DNA of 64,000 nucleotides from Chlamydiia bacterium (GTDB lineage Bacteria; Chlamydiota; Chlamydiia; Chlamydiales; GCA-2402025): NCBI GenBank assembly GCA_022601395.1, contig JAJACS010000003.1, positions 43,702 to 107,701 of the forward strand, read 5' to 3'. Shown piece by piece: positions 55,896 to 64,000 of this stretch (position 1 is its first letter; each line of letters starts with the position of its first letter). The notes under the pieces were generated by a model. It saw only the letters and a program-made list of their open reading frames with translations, ran no database searches and was not told where the DNA came from. The position numbers and the translations under genes were made by a program.

Positions 55896-56984
55896 ATGTA
55901 TCTTCTACGGATTTTTTTTACTTTAACAGTTTTTATAGGAATCACCTCTTCGAACCTTTCAGCCATACAAACAAAAGAAAGGCTTATCACTCCAAAAGAG
56001 GTTCATACTCCAGGTGTAAAGAACCTGGGCTATAAAATGATTAACGGAGTAAAAGTTTTTAAGCTAGAAGCTGAACCTGTTGAAAAAACCATCTATAATG
56101 AAGAAGACGATCAAATAGAAAAATACGTAAAGAAGCATAACCGATATACAGGCCCTTCGATGTCCCTTCCTTTTAGTAGCCAGAAAATTAATGGCTGGGG
56201 ATATAACAAAAGCATTCCAGGACCTACCATCATTGTCAATGAAGGTGATGAGGTACGCATCTATGTGAAAAACAAACTCTCAGAGCCCACTACAGTGCAC
56301 TGGCACGGTTTAATTATTCCAAATAATGAAGATGGTTCAGGAGGCTCTGACGATCCTGTTATTAAACCTGGAAACACGGGAGTTTATCACTTCAAGATAA
56401 AGAATCCTCCTGGTACTTATGCTTATCATAGCGGCTTTAACGACCCTAAGCAGGTCGGCAAAGGAATGAGTGGTTTCTTTATCGTACTTCCAAAAGACGG
56501 TAAGAATGAAGCAAAGTATGACTTTGCTATCATGGTAAGAGGTTGGTCTCTTAAAAGAGATGGCACTGTTAACTTGCTAAGTATGGATAACGACTGGTTT
56601 ACCTTTAATGGTCTTTGTGCTCCTAATTTCCCGGTTTTAAAGGTTCCTTACGGAGCTCGCGTTAAAATACGTTTTGGTAATATGGGCGGAATCATGTCGC
56701 ATCCTATACACCTTCATGGTTACTCATTTAATATCACAGGAACAGAAGGAGGTCCTATACCGCTTTCTGCTCAGTGGCCTGCAGCTACTGTTCCCGTATT
56801 CCCTGGAACTACAAGAACGATAGAGTTCATCGCTAATAACCCAGGCCTTTGGCGCATGCACTGCCATATTCTTCACCACATTCTAAATGATCCGCCTATC
56901 TTTGAGAAAAACAAACCTATTGGGATTTTACCTGTTGGTGGAATGTATACCTACTTAGAGGTTGGGGAAAAAGGATCGTATTAA
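55896..56984 (+). CDS. small multicopper oxidase (two-domain size) with signal peptide
   Basis: 362 aa. Copper motifs TVHWHGL, HPIHLHG and HCHILHH. The second motif reads GTYAYHSG where GTYWYHSH is canonical. Confidence 0.75.
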   Translation: MYLLRIFFTLTVFIGITSSNLSAIQTKERLITPKEVHTPGVKNLGYKMINGVKVFKLEAEPVEKTIYNEEDDQIEKYVKKHNRYTGPSMSLPFSSQKINGWGYNKSIPGPTIIVNEGDEVRIYVKNKLSEPTTVHWHGLIIPNNEDGSGGSDDPVIKPGNTGVYHFKIKNPPGTYAYHSGFNDPKQVGKGMSGFFIVLPKDGKNEAKYDFAIMVRGWSLKRDGTVNLLSMDNDWFTFNGLCAPNFPVLKVPYGARVKIRFGNMGGIMSHPIHLHGYSFNITGTEGGPIPLSAQWPAATVPVFPGTTRTIEFIANNPGLWRMHCHILHHILNDPPIFEKNKPIGILPVGGMYTYLEVGEKGSY

Positions 56985-57048
56985 GCCTTTTAAGAAGGTC
57001 GGTAAATACATATAATGCTTTCCTTCTTAAAACCACCTTTTGCTCTAC

Positions 57049-57408
57049 ATGGAACCTACTATTCATTATATGGACTGTGTAGATCCTTGGTTTTCTAAAC
57101 TCAATAGTTCTGAAAAGGTTGTTGAGGGAAGAAAAGGATCTGACAAGAACCGAAAAATCAAACCTTCTGATCTTATTATTTTTAGAGAACCTACAAGTAA
57201 GCAAGAGTTTACTGCTTTAGTTGTCAAGGTCGACACCTTTTCGTCTATAAGAGACTACTTAGAAGCTGTCACAGTTCAAGAAGCCCTTCCTGGAATAGCT
57301 ACTATAAAAGAAGCTGAAAACATCTATCTTCAGTGGAGTACGTATGAAGAAGTTCAATCATGCGGCTTTCTAGCAATCTGGATTAAAAAATCAAAACAAA
57401 TTGACTAA
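57049..57408 (+). CDS. ASCH-domain (PUA-like) protein
   Basis: DPWFSKLNSSEKVVEGRKGS...IKPSDLIIF fits the ASCH N-terminal pattern (..w...i.sG.K..E.R......i..GD.i.f). Start is the ATG at 57049 or 57070; the track ORF begins at a TTG at 57040. Confidence 0.5.
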   Translation: MEPTIHYMDCVDPWFSKLNSSEKVVEGRKGSDKNRKIKPSDLIIFREPTSKQEFTALVVKVDTFSSIRDYLEAVTVQEALPGIATIKEAENIYLQWSTYEEVQSCGFLAIWIKKSKQID

Positions 57409-57414
57409 CGCGAT

Positions 57415-58686
57415 ATGAAATTTGAAATACAACATACCTTTGGATATAGAACTCTAACCATTGAAGGCTTAGATCTCCCTCAAGAGTGCCTCTGCATTGA
57501 CTCATTAAATCTAAGATCAAATCATGCAGTTGATGTACTTGCTGAAAGAGTTTACAAAGCTGCCGGGCTCACGATCCCTTTTGCGGGAGCTGTTAATGGT
57601 AAAAGAGAAATGGCCATCGTTAATCTTAGCGATAAACAGTATAGCCAGATAAAAGAAATGTGTTTAGATGCCCAAAGGACCTCAATAGACCTTCATCTCC
57701 TTATCAGAAACCCTAGTGATGGACGCTGGGAAGCCCACGGTAATGCTGTAAAAAGAGCCTTTTTGCGTGTACCTGAAGAAGACTTTGAGCGAGTTATAGC
57801 TGCAACAAAGCACATCAAAGTAAGCCCAGGCCAGTTGAAATCTCTTAATAATGGATATTTAGAAGATATTGATGCTAAGGGAAACGATCTAGCAGACCTT
57901 GCTATGAAAGCTTTTTTAGATGGATCTATAAAAAGAAACGTTCTTGCAAGAGCTCTTGTATATGTTGCTTTTTCAAACGATTATACTCCTGATCCCATAC
58001 ACCTACTAAGCCGAGATGGAAGTATCAATGAGGAGGGTTGCAAAAGACTTCAAAGACGAATGGACTGGCTTCCCTCTTCTTTGAATACCCATGTTATTTA
58101 TGGCGAAAAAATAGTTACTTCTGAAAACTACAAAAAATTCATTGAGGGCTTATGTCCAGAAGAAGATATGTTTCTTCTTACTACAGACTCTATCATGAAC
58201 AGTATACCACCTGCCTTAAGAGAGCGCTTGACTCACTTTGGATATAAAAACATCTCAGTAGAAAGTAACGGTGTATTCTATTTTTCAAAAACAGAAGATT
58301 TTATAGGTCCAAGAAGGGACGCATTTTTGCCTTATCATTTACTGAAGGCACCAGAAAGTATCCATGGAAGGCCTGCAAGTCCAGCAAATATTTATGATCA
58401 TGATACAGGTCATCAAGTTGTTGATACCGAGTCATCAAAAAGAGCTTTTTGGACAACTGTAGGACTTAGGTGTTTGCATCTGGGATGGAAAGATAGCGCG
58501 AACTTTACTCTAGACCGTGAATTTACCCATCCGCAATCAGATAATATTAGACAAATACTCAGTAATATTCTGCATGGAACAACGCAAGAGCTGGAGCCAC
58601 TTTCTGCGGATGATGTTTCTAAAGTTAGTAAAATAGCCCTTTCTGTTATGGAAAATTATCAGCTAGAACCCTGCAGGTCTCAATAG
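57415..58686 (+). CDS. hypothetical soluble protein
   Basis: 423-aa ORF beginning 6 nt after the ASCH gene stop. No TM helix, signal peptide or recognisable motif. Confidence 0.55.
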   Translation: MKFEIQHTFGYRTLTIEGLDLPQECLCIDSLNLRSNHAVDVLAERVYKAAGLTIPFAGAVNGKREMAIVNLSDKQYSQIKEMCLDAQRTSIDLHLLIRNPSDGRWEAHGNAVKRAFLRVPEEDFERVIAATKHIKVSPGQLKSLNNGYLEDIDAKGNDLADLAMKAFLDGSIKRNVLARALVYVAFSNDYTPDPIHLLSRDGSINEEGCKRLQRRMDWLPSSLNTHVIYGEKIVTSENYKKFIEGLCPEEDMFLLTTDSIMNSIPPALRERLTHFGYKNISVESNGVFYFSKTEDFIGPRRDAFLPYHLLKAPESIHGRPASPANIYDHDTGHQVVDTESSKRAFWTTVGLRCLHLGWKDSANFTLDREFTHPQSDNIRQILSNILHGTTQELEPLSADDVSKVSKIALSVMENYQLEPCRSQ

Positions 58687-58725
58687 CTGTAAACACTCTA
58701 GAAAGACTCTTCAGATAGACATCTA

Positions 58726-59295
58726 TTAGTTTTCATTTACCTTTGCGGACTGAAAAGTATTTAGCATCATAAAATTAAATTTTTTATGCTTTTCCCCTTG
58801 GATCTCATCACCTGTTCTAGTGTAGTAATGAATCCACAAATCATGAAAGAATAAAGCCTCTTCAAAGAAGAACTCTTTTCTTTTTGGAAAAGCTGCAATC
58901 AGAACTTCAAGACCACTAAAAAACTTAAAAAACTCATCAATCTTGTTATCTTTAAGCAGCTTGTTTGCAATAGAACATTTAACAAGAAGCTCGTTTGGAT
59001 ACTTCTTCTTTAAGTTTTTTAAAAGAGCGTCAGCCTCTTCTGTATACTCAAAGAAATTCAATGTCTGAAAGTAGATAATCGCTGCATAGAGACTTTTGGG
59101 AAATTCTTTCTTTAGTTTATGGATCGCTTCTAAGGCCTTAGGACCGTCTGTTGGGGCATTTTGAGAAAGAGCCTGTATCTCTGCAATTTTCTCTTCTGGC
59201 ATTCGAAAAAGATCTTCGGGTGTGTGATTAAAACAAATCGTTTGCTTTGCTTTGTTTTTGCCCTCGTTCCAACTGCAATCTACCTCAAGCTTCAT
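58726..59295 (-). CDS. hypothetical helical (TPR-like) protein
   Basis: 189-aa ORF with helical repeat character (LKKEFPKSLYAAIIYFQTL..., LLKNLKKKYPNELLVKCSIANKLL). No family assigned. Confidence 0.5.
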   Translation of the reverse strand: MKLEVDCSWNEGKNKAKQTICFNHTPEDLFRMPEEKIAEIQALSQNAPTDGPKALEAIHKLKKEFPKSLYAAIIYFQTLNFFEYTEEADALLKNLKKKYPNELLVKCSIANKLLKDNKIDEFFKFFSGLEVLIAAFPKRKEFFFEEALFFHDLWIHYYTRTGDEIQGEKHKKFNFMMLNTFQSAKVNEN

Positions 59296-59577
59296 CTATA
59301 AACTCCTTACTATGAATACTAAATGCTAAGATGTTTAGAGTTTAAAAACAAGGACATCTATTTGAGTATACTAAGTTATTTTTTTAACAACGGTCCTAAC
59401 GTAAACACACCTTTTAAAAGGTCGACCTCATTAGACTCTCCTTTCAAACTAAAAATATCTAACCCTATTTAAGATAAAAAATCACAAGTTTGCTATAAGC
59501 AGAAATTAAGCATAGATCTATATCATGAACACTCTCTATTAAAGCTATATTCCAGTGCTACTGGAATCACTAAATAT

Positions 59578-60183
59578 ATGAAACTAAACCATATCTTCCT
59601 TCTTCCTTTGTTCCTTTTCATCTCGATCATAGGAAATGCTTCGCAATTTACCCCTTTAAATGACGCTCCTCAAAGTGAAGAACCCTCTAAGAACTACGCG
59701 ATTCCTCCTAGCTCGAACTACTATTTTTCCCTTGGTACATCTGCTATTTATCAAAATGTTGGTATAGGAATTAGATCTCGCGATCTTTCTAAGAACAGAG
59801 GTAATGACCTCTCTTTTAATGTAAAGTTCACCCCGGTTTTATTAAAGATCGATCATCTGTTTATTGTTCCTTCTATCCAGTACCTAAGACTCTTCTACAA
59901 TAGCTTTGCTGGAAACACTAAGTATAGTAGCTATTTTGGAGCAGGAGTTGAGTTACTTGGACTAAGAGCTGGTCATGAGAACTACCCTATCGTTAACCCA
60001 AAAATCACTTGGGGTAGAGAATATACAAGTGGAAGGTTTTCACAGTTTTCCATCAACCTAACGCCTGCAACTCTTGTTGCATGCTCTCTTTTAGATTTTA
60101 AAAAGTTAAAATCATGCCACATAAGCACTGCAATTGCACTTGCATCACTTGCTTGTATGATTGAATATTCATTCGGATTTTAA
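59578..60183 (+). CDS. small secreted beta-barrel-like protein, paralog 1 (ends SFGF)
   Basis: 201 aa with a signal peptide, alternating hydrophobic pattern and a terminal aromatic residue (IEYSFGF) typical of outer-membrane barrels. Confidence 0.5.
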   Translation: MKLNHIFLLPLFLFISIIGNASQFTPLNDAPQSEEPSKNYAIPPSSNYYFSLGTSAIYQNVGIGIRSRDLSKNRGNDLSFNVKFTPVLLKIDHLFIVPSIQYLRLFYNSFAGNTKYSSYFGAGVELLGLRAGHENYPIVNPKITWGREYTSGRFSQFSINLTPATLVACSLLDFKKLKSCHISTAIALASLACMIEYSFGF

Positions 60184-60275
60184 TATTATTACCACGTTGC
60201 AATAATTGATTAATTAGACAATTAATCTCAGTTTAATTATATTAACTCCCACTTCAATTACAAAAAGGAGCGAAT

Positions 60276-60878
60276 ATGAAATTTCAACGTGCACTTCTAA
60301 TTTTTTCTGGGTTAATAGCAACAGCGTTTGGCTCATGCTCAGAAGTAGACTCTAAAGAATCTCCAGCAGACTATGATATAGCACCAAGTACTAACTGCTA
60401 CTTTACTATCGGAACATCTGGCTACTATCAAAATATAGGTCTTGGATATAGAACACGAGACCTCTCTACTTATAGAGGAAATGACTTTTCGATTAACGCT
60501 AAGTACTTTCCAATTGATTATATTGACTCACACGAGATTAGTTTCAGCAAGCACAAGTACCGCATATATCCATCTGTGCAGTATATGAGAATTTTTTACA
60601 ACAAACCAAAAGAGTTCTCAAGCTCCAGAAGCTATTTTGCTATGGGAGTTGACATTATAGGCATTAAAAACCGAAAGAATTTTTACCCTATACCAAACCC
60701 AAAAATCGCTTGGGGTAAGGAAAACCAGAGTGGGCAGTTCTCCCAGTTTGCGATAAACATTGTGCCTGCGTTTGTAGACACCTGGTGGATCCTTAACGAA
60801 AGGAAAATGGCAACTGTAAAAAATGAGCTTTTTCTAACGGCTTTAGCGTTGTCATTTGAACTATCATTTGGATTTTAA
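60276..60878 (+). CDS. small secreted beta-barrel-like protein, paralog 2 (ends SFGF)
   Basis: 200 aa. It aligns with 59578-60183 (APS.N.YF..GTS..YQN.G.G.R.RDLS..RGND.S.N.K..., P.PNPKI.WG.E..SG.FSQF.IN..PA, ..SFGF). GGAG lies 6 nt upstream of the ATG. Confidence 0.5.
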   Translation: MKFQRALLIFSGLIATAFGSCSEVDSKESPADYDIAPSTNCYFTIGTSGYYQNIGLGYRTRDLSTYRGNDFSINAKYFPIDYIDSHEISFSKHKYRIYPSVQYMRIFYNKPKEFSSSRSYFAMGVDIIGIKNRKNFYPIPNPKIAWGKENQSGQFSQFAINIVPAFVDTWWILNERKMATVKNELFLTALALSFELSFGF

Positions 60879-60934
60879 ATCATCTGCATGAAGTTCTTAT
60901 ACTAAGCTTTGATACGCTTAAATAGGATTAGTTT

Positions 60935-60966
60935 AAAAAAGCCGGGAGTTTTCCCGGCTTTTTTTT
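60935..60966. terminator. bidirectional rho-independent terminator
   Basis: A6-GCCGGGA-GTTT-TCCCGGC-T8, between the convergent stops at 60878 (+) and 60975 (-). Confidence 0.85.
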
Positions 60967-60974
60967 AGATCACT

Positions 60975-61859
60975 TCACTTTAGAATCAGTTCTTTTGCAC
61001 AACCTGTTACAAGATCAGATAGTTTAGGGTTCATATCATTTAAAGCCTTAAGAACATGCTCATGAGATATTTTACCCACGTTTCTATCGGCCGCAGGGTT
61101 TGTGATGCAAGAAAAAGCAAGTACTCTCATTTCTAGGAATCTAGACGATAGTACTTCAAAAATTGTAGACATCCCGACAAAATCTGCTCCGAGTGTTCTT
61201 AGCATTCTGATTTCAGCTTTTGTTTCATAGTTAGGACCAGACAACGCTGTATATACACCTGTTTTGAGCTCTATCCCCTTTAAATCTGCTTGGTTTCTTG
61301 CAACTTCTTGATACTCGCAATCATATGCATTGGACATATCTGTGAATTCTCTACCTCTTTGCAAAATAGACACACCTTTAAGAGGGTTGTTACAAAGAAG
61401 GTTGATATGATCTGTTACAAGCATAATATCACCTACATCAAGATCCTCTCTAATGCCACCTACAGCATTCATCGTGATAACGGATTCTACTCCCATACTA
61501 TTTAGCACAAAGTATGGAAAGACTACCTCTTGAGGAGAAATCCCTTCATAATAATGGTACCTACCTTTCATAAGAACGATATCAACACCGTCAAGTTTGC
61601 CAAAGATCAGTTTCCCTTCATGTCCAGGGACTTTAGCAATAGGAAAATGCGGGATATCTGCAGAACTAATCTCTACTTTATCTTCAAGAAGATCTAAAGG
61701 TCCTTTTATGCCTGCTGTCAGAACAATAAGTAGTTTTGGTTTTGTGTCGATCGTTTCGTTTAGATAACGAGCCGACTCATCAACTTTTTGAAAAAAACCT
61801 TCTGATGCAAAAACTGTGATTCCAAGAAGAGACAATATTACGATAAAATAATTTTTCAT
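60975..61859 (-). CDS. purine nucleoside phosphorylase (PunA/trimeric PNP type) with signal peptide
   Basis: Colinear with Bacillus PunA as I recall it (GHEGKLIFGKL.GV..V.M.GR.H.YEG, NAVGGI, TDHIN, VYTALSGPNYET.AE.RMLRTLGAD.VGMST, CITN.AA). N-terminal MKNYFIVILSLLGITVFA signal-like segment. Confidence 0.8.
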   Translation of the reverse strand: MKNYFIVILSLLGITVFASEGFFQKVDESARYLNETIDTKPKLLIVLTAGIKGPLDLLEDKVEISSADIPHFPIAKVPGHEGKLIFGKLDGVDIVLMKGRYHYYEGISPQEVVFPYFVLNSMGVESVITMNAVGGIREDLDVGDIMLVTDHINLLCNNPLKGVSILQRGREFTDMSNAYDCEYQEVARNQADLKGIELKTGVYTALSGPNYETKAEIRMLRTLGADFVGMSTIFEVLSSRFLEMRVLAFSCITNPAADRNVGKISHEHVLKALNDMNPKLSDLVTGCAKELILK

Positions 61860-61945
61860 TTTTCACCTTCGTTGTTAGGAAATTAAAGACCGGACAACTT
61901 ATGTGAAAACTTTGCTTAATTACCAGAAAAGAATTTTTAAAAGTA

Positions 61946-62800
61946 TTAAAACCGTTTTACCCTTACGTGGCAGTAAGGCTCTTTACCAGTTTTACTATAA
62001 TAATTTTGGTGGTAGTCCTCTGCTTGATAAAACATCTTTGCACAAAGTAGTTCTGTTTCAACAGGAACTCCTTTTCTTTTAAGCTCATGGATCACTCTAT
62101 CAGCAACCATTTCTTGATCTTCTGTTAGATAAAAAATAGCGGACCTGTACTGAGATCCAACGTCTGGCCCTTGTCTATTTTTCTGAGTAGGATCATGGAT
62201 CTCAAAGAACATTTTTATAATCGATTCATAAGTAATTTTCTGAGGATCGAAAATAACTTCTGCAGCTTCAGCATGACCTGTTGTACCAGCAGATACCTCT
62301 TCATACGTAGGATCTACAACGTGGCCTCCGATATACCCCACATGAATCTCTTTAACGCCATCAAGGTCTTTTAAAAGATGCTCGACACCCCAAAAGCAAC
62401 CACCTGCGATAATAGCTCTTTCAAAACCTTCTTCCGTATGTGCTGGCGTAAAAAGCATGGAACGTGAGTTTACACAGTGTCTTGTATTTTTAGAGGTCAG
62501 CTCCTCCCCTTCAAATACATGCCCAAGGTGACCATCGCAAAATCTGCATCTAATCTCTATCCGCGTGCCGTCAGAATCTGGAAGCCTTTCTACAGCTCCT
62601 TTGATCTCCTCATCGAAGCTTGGCCAGCCGCAACCTGATTTAAACTTGCTTTTTGAAAGGTATAAAGCAGAATCGCAGCGCTTGCATAAGTACACACCTT
62701 CTTTATCAAACTTATCATACTCCCCTGTACCAGGGTGCTCTGTGCCGCAGTGCGTGATAATTTCTTCTTCTTCAGTATTTAGCTTGCGATTTCTAAACAT
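61946..62800 (-). CDS. bifunctional methionine sulfoxide reductase (MsrB-MsrA fusion)
   Basis: The N-terminal half has MsrB motifs (CxxC pairs, GCGWPSF, RHCVNS). The C-terminal half has the MsrA motif GGCFWG and GHAEAAEV. Its start overlaps the upstream stop by 1 nt (TGATG). Confidence 0.9.
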   Translation of the reverse strand: MFRNRKLNTEEEEIITHCGTEHPGTGEYDKFDKEGVYLCKRCDSALYLSKSKFKSGCGWPSFDEEIKGAVERLPDSDGTRIEIRCRFCDGHLGHVFEGEELTSKNTRHCVNSRSMLFTPAHTEEGFERAIIAGGCFWGVEHLLKDLDGVKEIHVGYIGGHVVDPTYEEVSAGTTGHAEAAEVIFDPQKITYESIIKMFFEIHDPTQKNRQGPDVGSQYRSAIFYLTEDQEMVADRVIHELKRKGVPVETELLCAKMFYQAEDYHQNYYSKTGKEPYCHVRVKRF

Positions 62801-63222
62801 CAGTGCCCCTTATGCTTCTTCTTCTTTTTCTCTTGCCTTAGTGAAAATTGCTCATCGTCTCTAGCTCTTTTGTCAGCACCTTTTTTTTTCTTCTTTTCCT
62901 TCTTCTTAAGCTCTAACTCTTCTCTCATATAGTCTTGAGCGTGCGTTGAAGGCTTTGTCGACTTCTTCGCTTTCTCTACCTCTTTTCTCACTTGCCTTTG
63001 GAGTCTTTTGGGATTGACCCGTTTTATTTGCAAATCGAACTCTTGTGGTTTCCCAAATTTTAGCTCTAAGTAGTTGTTATGGACAAATTCGTAAACTTCC
63101 GGATCTGTTGGTTCATTACCAAAGATATGCCGAGCGACTGCGTAACCTTCTTTGTCTGTACGTTCAAAAAGAGCCATCCAGAGTCCCTTTTCAAGGAGAA
63201 TTGTTGCTTTAATCGTAATCAT
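62800..63222 (-). CDS. DUF2992 / YjdF-family protein
   Basis: From Met8 (63222), [47 protein letters not shown]....VNPKRLQR resembles B. subtilis YjdF as I recall it (...FWVGVFER...YA.RHIFG.EPTDPE..EFV...VNPKRL). It has a Lys-rich tail. Confidence 0.6.
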   Translation of the reverse strand: MITIKATILLEKGLWMALFERTDKEGYAVARHIFGNEPTDPEVYEFVHNNYLELKFGKPQEFDLQIKRVNPKRLQRQVRKEVEKAKKSTKPSTHAQDYMREELELKKKEKKKKKGADKRARDDEQFSLRQEKKKKKHKGH

Positions 63223-63306
63223 ATATAGCACTACTTGAAACAAGGCTATGTCTTAAAAATCAGAAATAACCATCTTAATTTATATTGAACTATACTCTAG
63301 TTAGCA

Positions 63307-63399
63307 ATAATACGGCCATTTTGCCAGCTTTTTTGGCCGTATAACGCATAATACGGCCATTTTGCCAGCTTTTTTGGCCGTATCTTCTAAATACGGCCA
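63307..63399. repeat. 41-bp tandem repeat, 2.3 copies, each unit containing a 9-bp inverted repeat
   Basis: The unit ATAATACGGCCATTTTGCCAGCTTTTTTGGCCGTAT occurs at 63307-63342 and 63348-63383 (identical), plus a partial third copy from 63389 (AAATACGGCCA). The inner arms ATACGGCCA / TGGCCGTAT are separated by 15 nt. Confidence 0.85.
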
Positions 63400-63515
63400 A
63401 AATGACTCGATCTCATCAAAAGGAACATGGCCTTGTTAAAAAAGAGCTATTTAAACAAAAAAACACTGCAATTACTTGCAGTGTTTTTCGCATTAGAGCC
63501 TTCTATTTAGAGAGA

Positions 63516-63938
63516 CTATTTCTGCTCATGATTGTGGTCATGTTTATGTGGGCAACATGGTTTATCGATACCGAGTGGTCCAGATCCACCATATGCAAAC
63601 ATTAGAGCTGCACCAAGAAGAGCAATGTTTTTCCAGAAGCAAAATTCATGTAGCATTTTCTCTGTGAAATAGTTTGGTTCCCAAAATCTGTGAACAAAGA
63701 AAGTAACAAGAAGAAGGAAAGCAACAAGAAGCCATGCTCCTACTTTTGCTTTGTATCCAAGAAGGATGCTTAACCCGCCGAGAAGAGCTACTACTCCTAT
63801 GATCGGCACCGATACATACGGAAAAGGAACAGACATTTCTGCAGCATAGTGCATCATTCTAGGAAGGAAATGCTCAATGCCTTTAAAAATAAAAATTAAG
63901 GAGAATAAAATTCTTCCAATTAAAAATACGATCGTCAA
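63516..63938 (-). CDS. DoxX-family membrane protein
   Basis: 140 aa, 4 TM helices. N-terminal GRILFSLIFIFKGIEHF fits the DoxX pattern. It has a TTG start and a C-terminal Cys/His-rich tail (CCPHKHDHNHEQK). Confidence 0.65.
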   Translation of the reverse strand: MTIVFLIGRILFSLIFIFKGIEHFLPRMMHYAAEMSVPFPYVSVPIIGVVALLGGLSILLGYKAKVGAWLLVAFLLLVTFFVHRFWEPNYFTEKMLHEFCFWKNIALLGAALMFAYGGSGPLGIDKPCCPHKHDHNHEQK

Positions 63939-64000
63939 TGTACAGCCTCTTGTTTAGTCATAAAATCTTTGTTCTAACGCAAACAATCTTTTTGAACAAG

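Noticed and set aside
62881-62889. T9 homopolymer inside the DUF2992/YjdF-like gene as a phase-variation switch
   Set aside because: It encodes part of a natural poly-Lys tail and the frame is intact. There is no evidence of length heterogeneity from a single sequence.
63307-63399. Possible CRISPR array (regularly spaced identical repeats with dyad symmetry)
   Set aside because: There are only 2.3 copies. The 'spacers' are 5 nt, there are no cas genes, and the repeat is 36 nt with a 15-nt internal loop. It is a simple tandem repeat and is reported as a candidate regulatory element instead.
63402-63605. 67-aa + strand ORF following the tandem repeats
   Set aside because: No SD. Half of it is antisense to the 3' end of the DoxX gene. 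The translation has no features. It is probably a shadow ORF.

Overview
This is a 64-kb, gene-dense, AT-rich bacterial chromosomal segment. I count about 65 protein genes, 2 tRNAs and a tmRNA. I saw no rRNA, CRISPR array, transposase or integrase. The likely source is an environmental, amoeba-associated member of the Chlamydiae. This is an inference from gene content and order: a long chlamydial-type lepB next to a type-2 ileS, a TyrP-type permease, several proteins with bilobed hydrophobic 'Inc-like' segments, and many signal-peptide-bearing enzymes. No database search was possible. Housekeeping genes (infA, sufE-like, ileS, lepB, ssrA, msrB-msrA, an ABC-F ATPase) are mixed with accessory content: MFS, LysE and SulP transporters, xenobiotic-type enzymes, a TetR/monooxygenase pair, kynureninase and a small multicopper oxidase.

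Five structures stand out:
1. A tandem ~2.2-kb segmental duplication (49290-53756). It carries two diverged copies of an unrecognised Ser/Arg-rich plus Gly/Ala-zipper protein, and a relic of the neighbouring sulP gene marks the breakpoint. Identity between the two units is mosaic, and one copy has an internal 135-bp in-frame duplication.
2. A three-gene cassette, sulfotransferase-like / glycosyltransferase-like / sulfotransferase-like (38327-41200), in which every protein has an N-terminal anchor. It is bracketed by ~94-bp imperfect direct repeats, and one repeat is the live promoter region of the next gene.
3. A perfect 41-nt palindrome holding two divergent extended -10 boxes between a TetR gene and an FAD monooxygenase gene.
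4. 41-bp tandem hairpin repeats abutting the predicted promoter of a YjdF/DUF2992-like gene.
5. A recurring pattern of signal peptides on enzyme families that are normally cytosolic.

All function calls rest on motifs I recognise by eye. All identities were counted by hand and need computational confirmation.
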